Positions 17,836 to 27,053 are shown, counted from the stretch's first letter. The stretch is DNA of 64,000 bases from an uncultured virus (IMG/VR IMGVR_UViG_3300025132_007876) (IMGVR_UViG_3300025132_007876); one strand, 5' to 3'. A program made the numbers and translations. Notes: generated by a model from the letters alone, not told the origin.

Positions 17836-18075
17836 ATGTGTGATGAACTAATATACATCGGCGACCTTGTTTCAGTAAAGGAAAAATTACAAAGGTTTAT
17901 TGCACTACCAGACTGGGGTATTGTAATTGAAGAGACTGTAATAGTGCCGGCAGACATTCCCGAAGATGAAAGTTTAGACCCCATAGAATCATTTATTGTT
18001 TTCTTTCCCACCACCGACGAGACCTTGACAATACCAAAGAAATGTTTAAAAAAAATATCCATTGTGGAAGAATAA
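17836..18075 (+). CDS. GDLV-family small protein
   Basis: IGDLVSV...WGIVI. Confidence 0.65.
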   Translation: MCDELIYIGDLVSVKEKLQRFIALPDWGIVIEETVIVPADIPEDESLDPIESFIVFFPTTDETLTIPKKCLKKISIVEE

Positions 18076-18117
18076 GCATTTTCACTCATAGTTAAAATAG
18101 AGGGGGGGGTCCTGTGG

Positions 18118-19104
18118 ATGTTTGTTTTATTTTATATGTTGTTGTCCTGTGTTAGTGATAACATGCTGGTTCATGAGGTTGAGAAATTAGTATACGAAGA
18201 CAGAGAAGTCGAAGTTATCGTAGAAGTAGAAAAAGAAGTCGAAGTAATTGTCGAAAAAGAGGTGGAAGTTTATATTGAGGACACTGGGCAGGATGCTGCT
18301 GACATTTGGGTTGATCACTTTGACCAACCGATGTCAGTTAATGGGGTTGACATACTTTGGGTCATAGATCCGTCTGGTTCGATGGCAAATGACAGACCTC
18401 AGATTATTGACGGAATAGCCGATATGATGGCAGTCCTTCCGTTGACAGGCTGGAGATTGGCAATATTACCAACCGATTACAGATACTCTGAGAACATAAC
18501 AGAGTTTCCATTAATACCGGGAGATACTGCTGCTGATGCTGAACATATGTTGAACCAAGTTATCAATGGGGCGTTTGAAGCCGGCTTTGATGCAACATAC
18601 GGCTACTTAATGAATAACCAATATGCACAAACATGGCTCAGGCCTGATGCTGCTTTGTTGATTGTTTTTGTTTCTGATGAAGACGAACAAAGCCAAGTGT
18701 ATTTTAATTCAACATTGCAATTTATACAATGGGTTTCGGGTTACAGACATAGTGTTTTTCTTGCGTCAATAATAAACCTAGACCCTTCTGTTTCAATGTG
18801 TGATCATTCGTCTGTTATTAATAACGGTGATGAATACATGGCTGCTACTAATCACTTTGGTGGACAAATTATTGATATATGTGATGAAGACTGGAGTGCT
18901 GGGGTTGCTGATGCTTCTAACCAAATAGCACCTCACGAATATTGGGATTTGTCTAGCCAACCTCTTTATGACGACAGAATATATGTTTTCGTTGATGGCA
19001 CGCCGTTCCATGATTGGTATTATAATTCAGCAGAGAATAGAGTTTACTTTGATATAATACCACCGGGCGGTTCTTTGGTTGAGATTGCGTATTATTATCA
19101 ATAA
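18118..19104 (+). CDS. vWA-domain lipoprotein
   Basis: LLS-C lipobox; EVEV repeat; DILWVIDPSGSM MIDAS; VFVSDEDEQS. Confidence 0.8.
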   Translation: MFVLFYMLLSCVSDNMLVHEVEKLVYEDREVEVIVEVEKEVEVIVEKEVEVYIEDTGQDAADIWVDHFDQPMSVNGVDILWVIDPSGSMANDRPQIIDGIADMMAVLPLTGWRLAILPTDYRYSENITEFPLIPGDTAADAEHMLNQVINGAFEAGFDATYGYLMNNQYAQTWLRPDAALLIVFVSDEDEQSQVYFNSTLQFIQWVSGYRHSVFLASIINLDPSVSMCDHSSVINNGDEYMAATNHFGGQIIDICDEDWSAGVADASNQIAPHEYWDLSSQPLYDDRIYVFVDGTPFHDWYYNSAENRVYFDIIPPGGSLVEIAYYYQ

Positions 19105-19140
19105 TCAAACTATTTAAGATGAAAGTTTGGAGATGTAATA

Positions 19141-20493
19141 ATGAAAATAAGAATTGTTGAGCGAGCCAAAAAGACTGTTGGGAAAGAAATAAGTTCGCAA
19201 ATGAAAAAAGGCAAACCTCACGATCAAGCTGTTGCAATAGCAATGTCCAAAAAAGAAAAAGGTGAAATAATTGCTGAGAATTTTGATGCTGGTTATCTTA
19301 AACAACAGGGATTAACCATCGGCAAAGAATTAGGCAAAGGGATGTTTGGCGTAGTATACTCAGTTACCGGCAATGTTGGCGGAAAAAAGGGAGAATATGC
19401 TCTCAAGTATGTTGATAGTTCATCGAAGGGTTACTCTAGAGAAAAATCAAATTATCAAAACGTCAAGCAGTTTGTGGACCTTGCCAACATAAGGCAGGAT
19501 GCAGAAGCCATGAGGCTTGGAAAGATATTGCCAATAATATATTCTGTTAGCGAACATGGTGGTGGATTATATATTATTATGGAAAAGCTAATTCCTCTAT
19601 CTCCAGAGGAAGAAAAGTTATTTATGACGGAATTATCCGGGCTGGCATATTATTATTCTGAAAAAGGACAGAGGTCCCGTGGCGAACAACTCATAGATTA
19701 TATTACAGATAGAAATGGGAACATAGGAATTAAGTTTGGCAATGATATGGCTAGTGCCCTAGCAAAGGCGATAGCCAAAGCACCAGAATATTCACACATA
19801 AAAAGCAATTTACAGCAAGTTGTAAGTATGATATCTAAAGGCGGACAGGATTCTGATGCTGGTGTAGTGATGAAAGCTTGGCTTGGAAGCAATTCGATGG
19901 ATGACGTTAAGTTTTCGGCGATTCAAGAGTTGTACGATCTTAATAGTGACTTCAAAAAATTCTTAAATGGTGTCTCGACAGTGCTCATGACGCAATATAA
20001 AGGCAGTACACCGGACGAAAAGATAACAGATGAGCCGGATTTCCTCGGCATGGTCATGAATTCCATGTTTGATATCATATTTTCACAAAGATACCCCATG
20101 AAGTATGTGAAAAACCCAGATCTTGAGTCTCCATATGAGACAGGGCACGGACAATCTTCTGATATTTATGATTTAGACATTACACCGAACCCCAAAATTA
20201 GAGAACAAAAGGAAAAATATAGTGCTGCTGGTGTAAAAAGTAACCCTGCACAAAAAGCTGGTAAGAAAATGACACCCCAGAAGTACCCTTTTGACAACTT
20301 TATTAGCACAATTAAAAGGTTGGGTCGTGATTGGAACATTCAAGCAAAAGATATGCACGGAGCCAACGTCATGAAGAGGGCAAATGGCGAATTTGTCGTC
20401 GCAGATATTGGGCTCTTTAACACAAAAATCATTCAAAGCATGAAATCTGGTATTTTTGAGACAAAAAGAAAAATAAAAGTAAAAATAATTTGA
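19141..20493 (+). CDS. Protein kinase-like protein (T7 gp0.7-like motifs) with large insertion
   Basis: LGKGMFGVVY, ALK, LPIIYSV, IMEKL, DMHGANVM, ADIG. Confidence 0.75.
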   Translation: MKIRIVERAKKTVGKEISSQMKKGKPHDQAVAIAMSKKEKGEIIAENFDAGYLKQQGLTIGKELGKGMFGVVYSVTGNVGGKKGEYALKYVDSSSKGYSREKSNYQNVKQFVDLANIRQDAEAMRLGKILPIIYSVSEHGGGLYIIMEKLIPLSPEEEKLFMTELSGLAYYYSEKGQRSRGEQLIDYITDRNGNIGIKFGNDMASALAKAIAKAPEYSHIKSNLQQVVSMISKGGQDSDAGVVMKAWLGSNSMDDVKFSAIQELYDLNSDFKKFLNGVSTVLMTQYKGSTPDEKITDEPDFLGMVMNSMFDIIFSQRYPMKYVKNPDLESPYETGHGQSSDIYDLDITPNPKIREQKEKYSAAGVKSNPAQKAGKKMTPQKYPFDNFISTIKRLGRDWNIQAKDMHGANVMKRANGEFVVADIGLFNTKIIQSMKSGIFETKRKIKVKII

Positions 20494-20518
20494 CAAAACA
20501 CCAAAAACGTGTTATATT
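20490..20518 (+). promoter_or_regulatory. sigma70-type promoter TTGACA-N17-TATATT
   Basis: Near-consensus with TGn. Confidence 0.7.
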
Positions 20519-20531
20519 GTAAGGGGATATT

Positions 20532-21293
20532 ATGAAATTAATAATGGAAAGCTGGAGAAGTTACATAAACGAAGAAGTTTATGGTGAAGATTTCTTAAAA
20601 ACGCTCGGTTTAACGTACCAACTTGAAGAAGGAGAGTTTCTTGTTCAAATTGTTCATAAAAACGAAATCAACGGGCAGCTAAATGTCATCGGCATGATTG
20701 AAACCATGGAAATGGCCAAGAAAAGCGGCAGTCGGCAGACACCATGTATCCCTGAAACCTATGAAATTGGTGCTGTTGCTGTTGAATCTGCTTTTAGAGG
20801 CAAAGGATTAGGCACATGGCTCTATGAAGTGGTATCGGTTCTCATCTCCCAAAAGGGAGAAGCTGGTTTGACATCAGATCACTCCTCAAGTACAACAAAT
20901 GATGCGGCTAGTGTGTGGAAAAGGCTTGAAAAAGACCTAAATTACGTCAAAAGAAAGACTCCAAAGGGTGATAATAAAGAAAAAGTGAATATGGAAACGG
21001 GTGAAGTCACTCTCGCCTACAAAGGTGGCAATGACAAGTTCGATTATAATAGTAGTACACCCGATCCTAATGATGATTGCTACCCTCCAGTCGAGGGAGA
21101 GGCTGCTTCTGACCATAGTTTGAAGATTCCGCAAGATAGGTGGATAGAAGTTGCTAAATTAATGAACATCCAAATGGAAAATTACGATTCATGGACGGAA
21201 AACTCGCATATAAACACACAAAGTCATGCGAGTAGGCTGTTTAACAAGGCATATAAGCCAGAAACATCGGGGATTTACCAAGGCGATGAGTAA
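20532..21293 (+). CDS. Tagged GNAT-like acetyltransferase (paralog of 11379)
   Basis: VAVESAFRGKGLGTWLYE acetyl-CoA motif; AASVWKRL; MKLIMESWR tag. Confidence 0.75.
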   Translation: MKLIMESWRSYINEEVYGEDFLKTLGLTYQLEEGEFLVQIVHKNEINGQLNVIGMIETMEMAKKSGSRQTPCIPETYEIGAVAVESAFRGKGLGTWLYEVVSVLISQKGEAGLTSDHSSSTTNDAASVWKRLEKDLNYVKRKTPKGDNKEKVNMETGEVTLAYKGGNDKFDYNSSTPDPNDDCYPPVEGEAASDHSLKIPQDRWIEVAKLMNIQMENYDSWTENSHINTQSHASRLFNKAYKPETSGIYQGDE

Positions 21294-22449
21294 AACTATT
21301 ACATTTGACTTCGATAATACCATTGCAATGTCCCATATGGACACCTCTGGTGATGAATTAGAGGTAAAATTCGAAGAATATAACGAAAGTGTTATCAAAT
21401 TGATTAAAAAATACATCAAAAGTGGGCACGATGTACATATTGTGACAGCAAGAGACCCTTCAAAAGAAGTTTTATTCCCAAAAGACACCGTTCGATCACA
21501 CCTTGATAGGCTCTCGTTAAGCTATTATTTTACGGACGAGCGAATTCACTACACTAGTGACACCCCAAAGATAAAAACTCTTGAAAAATTGGGCTCTACG
21601 CTCCATTATGATGACAATATGCAAGAACATATAGACAATTTTGGTGGAATTCCCGTAAAACACCCTTATGATTTCTATCCAGACACGGATGAAGTGGCAA
21701 AAGCAATCATTTATGACTCTGAAGATCGCATTTTATTGCTTCGTAGGACCGATGAAGGGCGTGCTTGGGACATACCGGGCGGTCATTTGAAGAATATTGA
21801 GGTAAATAGGGGCCCGGAAGGGTACGAAGAGGGCTTAGAAAGGGAAGTAGCAGAGGAAACCGGCCTAATTTTGCCATTTGCAGACAAAATTGGAGAGTAC
21901 GAGTTCAGTTGGAAGGGAAAAAACAACGATATTGTCTTTTATAGAGCCAAATTCATCACTGAAAAGCCAGAATGTAACCTAAAAATACAAGGATTTATGG
22001 AAAATAGTGAATATAAGTGGGTTTCTATGGACGAAATCTACAAATATGCGAAAAATGGCACCCAAATTCTAAGAAAAGCTGTTGAAATCGTCCAAAATAA
22101 GGGTTTTTTGACTGAAGAAGAGAGATTTCAGGCCGCAATGAAGAGAAAACACCGAAAAATGAAGCTAAAACTCATTGGAATCGGCAAAAATAAGCATTTT
22201 GGGGGCGGAAAAGGCCATTCTAGGCCAAATATGGAGCGTTCTAAGAGCGCACCACCCGGTTTTGGGGCCCTTGGAGAGCAGATAGATAAAAAAAAACGCA
22301 AAATTAAGGTAAAAATCGTCCAAAATATAGATGAAAAACGCCGAAAAAGGCGCAAAAAACGTCGAAATAGGGGGTCGAATTGGCCCTATATAGGCGGTTT
22401 TATGCACGATTTAACCGGTGATGGTGGCGACGGCGGCGGTGGAGAATAA
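21286..22449 (+). CDS. HAD-like plus Nudix hydrolase fusion with basic tail
   Basis: FDFDNT...VTAR...HYDD (HAD); WDIPGG...LEREVAEETG (Nudix box); KIKVKIV tag. Confidence 0.85.
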   Translation: MSKTITFDFDNTIAMSHMDTSGDELEVKFEEYNESVIKLIKKYIKSGHDVHIVTARDPSKEVLFPKDTVRSHLDRLSLSYYFTDERIHYTSDTPKIKTLEKLGSTLHYDDNMQEHIDNFGGIPVKHPYDFYPDTDEVAKAIIYDSEDRILLLRRTDEGRAWDIPGGHLKNIEVNRGPEGYEEGLEREVAEETGLILPFADKIGEYEFSWKGKNNDIVFYRAKFITEKPECNLKIQGFMENSEYKWVSMDEIYKYAKNGTQILRKAVEIVQNKGFLTEEERFQAAMKRKHRKMKLKLIGIGKNKHFGGGKGHSRPNMERSKSAPPGFGALGEQIDKKKRKIKVKIVQNIDEKRRKRRKKRRNRGSNWPYIGGFMHDLTGDGGDGGGGE

Positions 22450-22485
22450 GGCAATATAGCAACTATGTACTTATAGGGAGTACTT

Positions 22486-22803
22486 ATGATGAATGAAGAG
22501 GACAAAGCCAAGGAATTCTTAACAAATTCATTCAAATATGCAATAAGATTGGCAGGTGCGCTTAAAACAAAGAGCGGAGAACTGCTTTCGATCGTTAAAT
22601 TTAAGAATTCTGGTCTTGGATTCTATTATTCTGTGACTGATAAGAGGTTTGTACAGATAAATCGTGAAGAAGAATGGTACTTTGTGCCGTTTGTGGAGAA
22701 AGACGAGCAAGGAAGAGTATGTTTGTACTCCCCCTATTTGTTCTCCATGGCTATATTCATAATGGTTCCGCCTGAAGAAATCGAGATTATAGGATTTAAT
22801 TAA
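22486..22803 (+). CDS. Hypothetical protein
   Basis: GGGAG SD, ORF. Confidence 0.7.
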   Translation: MMNEEDKAKEFLTNSFKYAIRLAGALKTKSGELLSIVKFKNSGLGFYYSVTDKRFVQINREEEWYFVPFVEKDEQGRVCLYSPYLFSMAIFIMVPPEEIEIIGFN

Positions 22804-22925
22804 TGGATAAAGCGATAATCAACATACTTTCTTTCATGTTTTTGCTCCTTGCGTACATAATTTTTGGTTTTGAGCCGGTTGCTGTTGTGCTTTTGTTTCT
22901 AATTTATATGAGATTGGATAAATGA
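22803..22925 (+). CDS. 40-aa membrane peptide
   Basis: TAATG and ATGA coupling; hydrophobic. Confidence 0.5.
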   Translation: MDKAIINILSFMFLLLAYIIFGFEPVAVVLLFLIYMRLDK

Positions 22926-23173
22926 GGGCCCCGCAAAAGCCCCTAGGCTTCTCTCATAGAAAAAATTTGAATGATGGGGACCTAGTTAGCTGGAAAGTTT
23001 GGGTTGTACAGGATAAAAAACTAGAAACTATTGTTTATTATGGTACTATTTTGGATATAATAGTGCAAAGAAGAGGCCAAAGGGATGTTTATGTTGCAAA
23101 TATATTGTGTTCCAACAATGGAGAAACTATTCAAGTTAACTTATTAAGATTAGAAAAAGAGGAAACTAGTTAA
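22922..23173 (+). CDS. GDLV-family small protein
   Basis: DGDLVSWK...YGTIL. Confidence 0.65.
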   Translation: MRAPQKPLGFSHRKNLNDGDLVSWKVWVVQDKKLETIVYYGTILDIIVQRRGQRDVYVANILCSNNGETIQVNLLRLEKEETS

Positions 23174-23177
23174 TGTC

Positions 23178-23513
23178 ATGGAAAAAGTAGATCATATTGC
23201 AGTTTTAGTAGAAAATTTAGAAGTTTCTAGAAAATGGTATGAAGAAATGCTTGGCGCTGAGGTTGTATTTGCTGACTTTAAACATATAAGGATGCAATTG
23301 AAGAATGTAACGATAGCAATTATTGATAAAAAGCATTATAAGTACCCACATTTTGCCGTTGCAGTCCATCAGTACGGCGATTTGCCATCTAATTTAGGTG
23401 AATTAATACATCACAGAGACGGCACAACGGGCTGTTATGTTCGTGATCCGGATGGGAACATGGTTGAGTTTATACACTACTCTGATGAATGTAAGGAAAA
23501 AATGAAAATATGA
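23178..23513 (+). CDS. VOC/glyoxalase family protein
   Basis: DHIAVLVENLE...WY...LG; HFA; YVRDPDGNMVE. Confidence 0.85.
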   Translation: MEKVDHIAVLVENLEVSRKWYEEMLGAEVVFADFKHIRMQLKNVTIAIIDKKHYKYPHFAVAVHQYGDLPSNLGELIHHRDGTTGCYVRDPDGNMVEFIHYSDECKEKMKI

Positions 23514-24001
23514 AAATATCAAAAAAACAATTAGAAAACATTATTAAAGAAGAGATGCAAATTCTTGAGAGTGAACAAAAATTCGATCCAAGTGTTTCAA
23601 ATGAACAATTTAATCATATTAGAGACTTGCTAAGTTACGATTTTAATACAGGACTCATGTTCTTGCAGTCTGGATTGGGGTTTGAGAATGTCCCGGAAGA
23701 GCAGAGAAAAGAACTAGCAAAAATAATTTGGGATGCATCGGTAGGATATAGAGAAGATCCTGAGTATGTGCGTGAGATAGAACGAAAAAAAATCTCAACT
23801 CTTTATAGAAACCATAAAAGTGTTGAGTTCCACAAAAAGAAACTTGCTGCGATGGATAGAGAATTTGAAGATAATATTGAAGCGGTTGGTGACTTAATGG
23901 GCCTTGAGAATCCCTACTCCGATATGATAGCAATAGCGTACCGTGGGAGGCTTGCTTTTGATTATTTTTATGACCAGCTTAAACAAAAAGGAATTTTATG
24001 A
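23510..24001 (+). CDS. Tagged hypothetical protein
   Basis: MKISKKQLENIIKEE N-tag. Confidence 0.75.
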   Translation: MKISKKQLENIIKEEMQILESEQKFDPSVSNEQFNHIRDLLSYDFNTGLMFLQSGLGFENVPEEQRKELAKIIWDASVGYREDPEYVREIERKKISTLYRNHKSVEFHKKKLAAMDREFEDNIEAVGDLMGLENPYSDMIAIAYRGRLAFDYFYDQLKQKGIL

Positions 24002-25095
24002 TGAAATTCAAAGTTAATAACAGAACAGGGTCTCCAGTGGAATATGAGAACGAAATACATAGCCTTTGTGATTTTGCCCAAAATAGAATTGGATTTGAAA
24101 AACCTCCAAGTATATTTCTTAATGACGATAAAGCAAATGCTAATAGTACTTTAGCAAAAACAGGCTACTACACGCCCGATACTATGGAAATTCATGTCTT
24201 TGCCACAGGCAGGCACCCCAAAGATATCCTTCGTTCAATAGCTCACGAATTGGTACATCACGGCCAGCATATGAGAGGCGAACTTGATATGGATGGATAT
24301 AGTGGAAAGGGCTACGCACAAAAAAATCCAAAACTGCGACGTGCAGAGATGGAAGCGAACGATCCAATGCTGTTTAGAGACTGGGAAGATAGTCTAAAAG
24401 AGAAAGAAAATACTATTTATAACGAAAGGAGAAATAGAAAAATGTCTATTAAAGATTGGAAAAATAATGAATTAAGCGAAAACTTATCTAAAAAGTGGGG
24501 CTTTAAAATGAATCTCGGAAAGCTCAACGAAGGAATTGGTGCTCACGCTGATGATCCTATGGGCGGGATGCAAGCTCAAGAGATGATGCCTGAACCTCCT
24601 ATGTCTAATATGGAAATGGCTATGGAAGAGTGTATGCAAGGCAAGATATCTCAAGGCATGAGTATGGATGAAGCCAAGTTTGCATGCATGAGAGAAATGC
24701 AAAATAATCAAATGGCACAGCCGCCTGCTGGTGAGCGTGATCCAATGATACCATTCCAAGAAGGAAAAAAAGACGATAAGAAGTCGACTGACAAGCATGA
24801 TGACAATCCTGCATTAAAAGGTGGGCAAAAGAACCTACCAGATAGTTTGCAACAAGGTATTATCAATTCGAAGGGCGGCGAAAAGAAGTCAGAAGATAAA
24901 GAAGAGAAAGAAAAACTTGATGAAGCAGATATTGGCGGCGACAAAGCGTATTTGGAAATGCTGTTAGCCAAGTATGGACCTGATGCTAAAATTGGTGATG
25001 TTGCCAAGAAAGAGAGCGAAGGTAAAATGCAAGAAGCTAATGCAATGGCCGGTGGAAATGTACATGGACACGCAGGAACACGGAGACAAAAATAA
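23998..25095 (+). CDS. HExxH metallopeptidase-like domain fused to low-complexity C-terminus
   Basis: RHPKDILRSIAHELVHHGQ...EMEAN; possible internal start at 24442. Confidence 0.75.
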   Translation: MMKFKVNNRTGSPVEYENEIHSLCDFAQNRIGFEKPPSIFLNDDKANANSTLAKTGYYTPDTMEIHVFATGRHPKDILRSIAHELVHHGQHMRGELDMDGYSGKGYAQKNPKLRRAEMEANDPMLFRDWEDSLKEKENTIYNERRNRKMSIKDWKNNELSENLSKKWGFKMNLGKLNEGIGAHADDPMGGMQAQEMMPEPPMSNMEMAMEECMQGKISQGMSMDEAKFACMREMQNNQMAQPPAGERDPMIPFQEGKKDDKKSTDKHDDNPALKGGQKNLPDSLQQGIINSKGGEKKSEDKEEKEKLDEADIGGDKAYLEMLLAKYGPDAKIGDVAKKESEGKMQEANAMAGGNVHGHAGTRRQK

Positions 25096-25832
25096 TGAAT
25101 AATGAAGCTATTCTAAGACAAATTATTAGAAAGAAAATAAAAGCTACATTGGCGGAAAGACAACGTCATGAAGAGGCTCTTAGAAAAGTAATTCGCTCTA
25201 TTATTGCTGAAGGTGACATATCTGATACTCACCCACACCGATCCACCGGGATTAATATGCTGGAGGATGTTCTTAAGAAATCTATTCCAACACTTCGTAG
25301 TGATTTCAAAAGATTAACAACAGACAAAAAGCAGCGTGATTCTTTTCGAGCACATATTGTTAAGGCCGTCAGAGATGCTTTGATGCCATCGCAAGTAAAT
25401 GACAAATATCGTCAGGGGTCTGCGACAGGTGAGCCCAGTGCTCTTCTCTCTGAGCCAACTGGTGATGATTCCGAATTTGGTGAGTTAGACGAAGCCGAGA
25501 TCGAATTAACTGAGGTTGATGTTGATATCTCTGATGAGGAAAAGAAAATCCCTGTTGAAGATGATGATACACCAACGGATGAGGAAGAGTTCGGAATGGG
25601 CCTTGAAGATATGGATGAAACCGGTCGTAATATGGCCTACACGTCATTCCGCAAAGTTTCTCAGTATATGCTAGATGCTTATGATTCTCTCGCAAATCCA
25701 AAGGATAAAGAGATTTTTGTTGACTATCTTGTAACAAATTTAAAGTTATATTTTGATAAATTTGAGTCAGAGTTGTCGAGTACGGTTGAAGAACCATCAA
25801 CCCCAGAATATGAACAAGCAAAACAAGCATAA
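25095..25832 (+). CDS. Acidic putative virion/scaffold-associated protein
   Basis: LRQIIR...LAE and LRKVIRSIIAE repeats; D/E-rich. Confidence 0.75.
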   Translation: MNNEAILRQIIRKKIKATLAERQRHEEALRKVIRSIIAEGDISDTHPHRSTGINMLEDVLKKSIPTLRSDFKRLTTDKKQRDSFRAHIVKAVRDALMPSQVNDKYRQGSATGEPSALLSEPTGDDSEFGELDEAEIELTEVDVDISDEEKKIPVEDDDTPTDEEEFGMGLEDMDETGRNMAYTSFRKVSQYMLDAYDSLANPKDKEIFVDYLVTNLKLYFDKFESELSSTVEEPSTPEYEQAKQA

Positions 25833-25835
25833 TAT

Positions 25836-25864
25836 AATATAACCTGTTTTAAGGCTCTTGTCAA
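25836..25864 (-). promoter_or_regulatory. Antisense-oriented sigma70-type promoter TTGACA-N17-TATATT
   Basis: Same architecture as other promoters but faces into upstream + genes. Confidence 0.55.
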
Positions 25865-25868
25865 GCAA

Positions 25869-26246
25869 ATGTGGAAAAAAAAATTAAGAGAATATAAAGG
25901 TAGAAATTACACTTATTCGTTAAGAAAGAAGTTAAGAAGAGAAAAGAAAACATCTGATGATTTTGAAGCAATGGTCCATAATTTATCATTAGAAGAACTT
26001 ATAGGCCTCAAGTTGGAGTTGGCTGCTTCACACATAAACAACAAATTATACAATTTTCCTGTATACAAGTCTCTTCGATATATTGTCAAAGAGGCTTGTC
26101 TTCATTTTGCTTTATCTTCAACAAGAACTTTTGGTGATGCTGCTTCTTTTCTTGGTATGAGAGAGAGTGAATTACATAAAGAGGTTAATAAATTTAAGAT
26201 TGATTTGGCTGAGATGACGTATGATAATAATATCGATGCTATTTAG
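25869..26246 (+). CDS. Putative transcription factor with C-terminal Fis-type helix-turn-helix
   Basis: KEACLHFALSSTRTFGDAASFLGMRESELHKEVNKFKI fits AL......AA..LG....L. Confidence 0.6.
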   Translation: MWKKKLREYKGRNYTYSLRKKLRREKKTSDDFEAMVHNLSLEELIGLKLELAASHINNKLYNFPVYKSLRYIVKEACLHFALSSTRTFGDAASFLGMRESELHKEVNKFKIDLAEMTYDNNIDAI

Positions 26247-26266
26247 TATCAAACAGGAGATTTATT

Positions 26267-26506
26267 ATGAAAATTACTAGCAACCTATTAAAAGAATTAA
26301 TTAGAGAAGCGATCGAGGACATGACAGCCGAATTTGGTTCTGATGACCCAACGGAACATGCACCTGCAAAGGATCCTCTTCTCAATAAACTCTTTGAATT
26401 ATTGGCCAACCATTTCAAACCAAGTTTTGATCAGTCGCAAATTATCGAAGATGAATTACAAAAAATGTATGCTAATATTGAAATGGAAATGAGGATGGGA
26501 GAATGA
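26267..26506 (+). CDS. Tagged hypothetical protein
   Basis: MKITSNLLKELIRE N-tag; CTATTTA upstream. Confidence 0.75.
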   Translation: MKITSNLLKELIREAIEDMTAEFGSDDPTEHAPAKDPLLNKLFELLANHFKPSFDQSQIIEDELQKMYANIEMEMRMGE

Positions 26507-26919
26507 AGCTAACCCAAGCGCAACTTAAAGATTTAATTAACGAAGAAATTTCATTAGTAAAAATGGGTGATGAACAGTATCATGATTATGATGATGATAT
26601 GGATTATGAAGGTGGCTGTGGCGATCACGAGCCAATGATGGGTCCTGATATTATGATTGGTTATGATGATGAGCCTTGTGGCTGTCCTGATATGGCTCAC
26701 TACCATAATAATAAAGAAGGCAGCATGGCTAGATCCCAACTCATGCACATGAAAGGATATGCTGAGGTTTTAATGCATATGATTCAGGACCAAACTAATT
26801 TGCCTGAATGGGTTGAGAAGAAAATTACTCTTGCAAATGATTATATTGCTGCTGTAAAACATTACCTAGAAGGGGAACTTGCAAGAGAACAAGATATGTT
26901 GGAAAATAAAAGTAAATAA
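26503..26919 (+). CDS. Tagged hypothetical protein, D/H/C-rich
   Basis: MKLTQAQLKDLINEE N-tag; EGSMARSQL...LPEWVEKKIT. Confidence 0.75.
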   Translation: MKLTQAQLKDLINEEISLVKMGDEQYHDYDDDMDYEGGCGDHEPMMGPDIMIGYDDEPCGCPDMAHYHNNKEGSMARSQLMHMKGYAEVLMHMIQDQTNLPEWVEKKITLANDYIAAVKHYLEGELAREQDMLENKSK

Positions 26920-26925
26920 AAATAC

Positions 26926-26954
26926 TTGACAAATGTTCAATTACATGTTATAAT
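26926..26954 (+). promoter_or_regulatory. Consensus sigma70 promoter TTGACA-N17-TATAAT
   Basis: Perfect consensus with TGn. Confidence 0.85.
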
Positions 26955-27031
26955 TAATTATAAATTATTTAATTAAATAAATTACTATTATAATAGTATT
27001 AATTAATAAATTATATAAATTTACTATAGTA
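26948..27031. repeat. AT-rich tract of consecutive perfect palindromes
   Basis: TTATAATTAATTATAA, TTATTTAATTAAATAA, TACTATTATAATAGTA, TATTAATTAATA, TACTATAGTA. Confidence 0.85.
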
Positions 27032-27053
27032 TTATTACTATAATAGGAATTAT

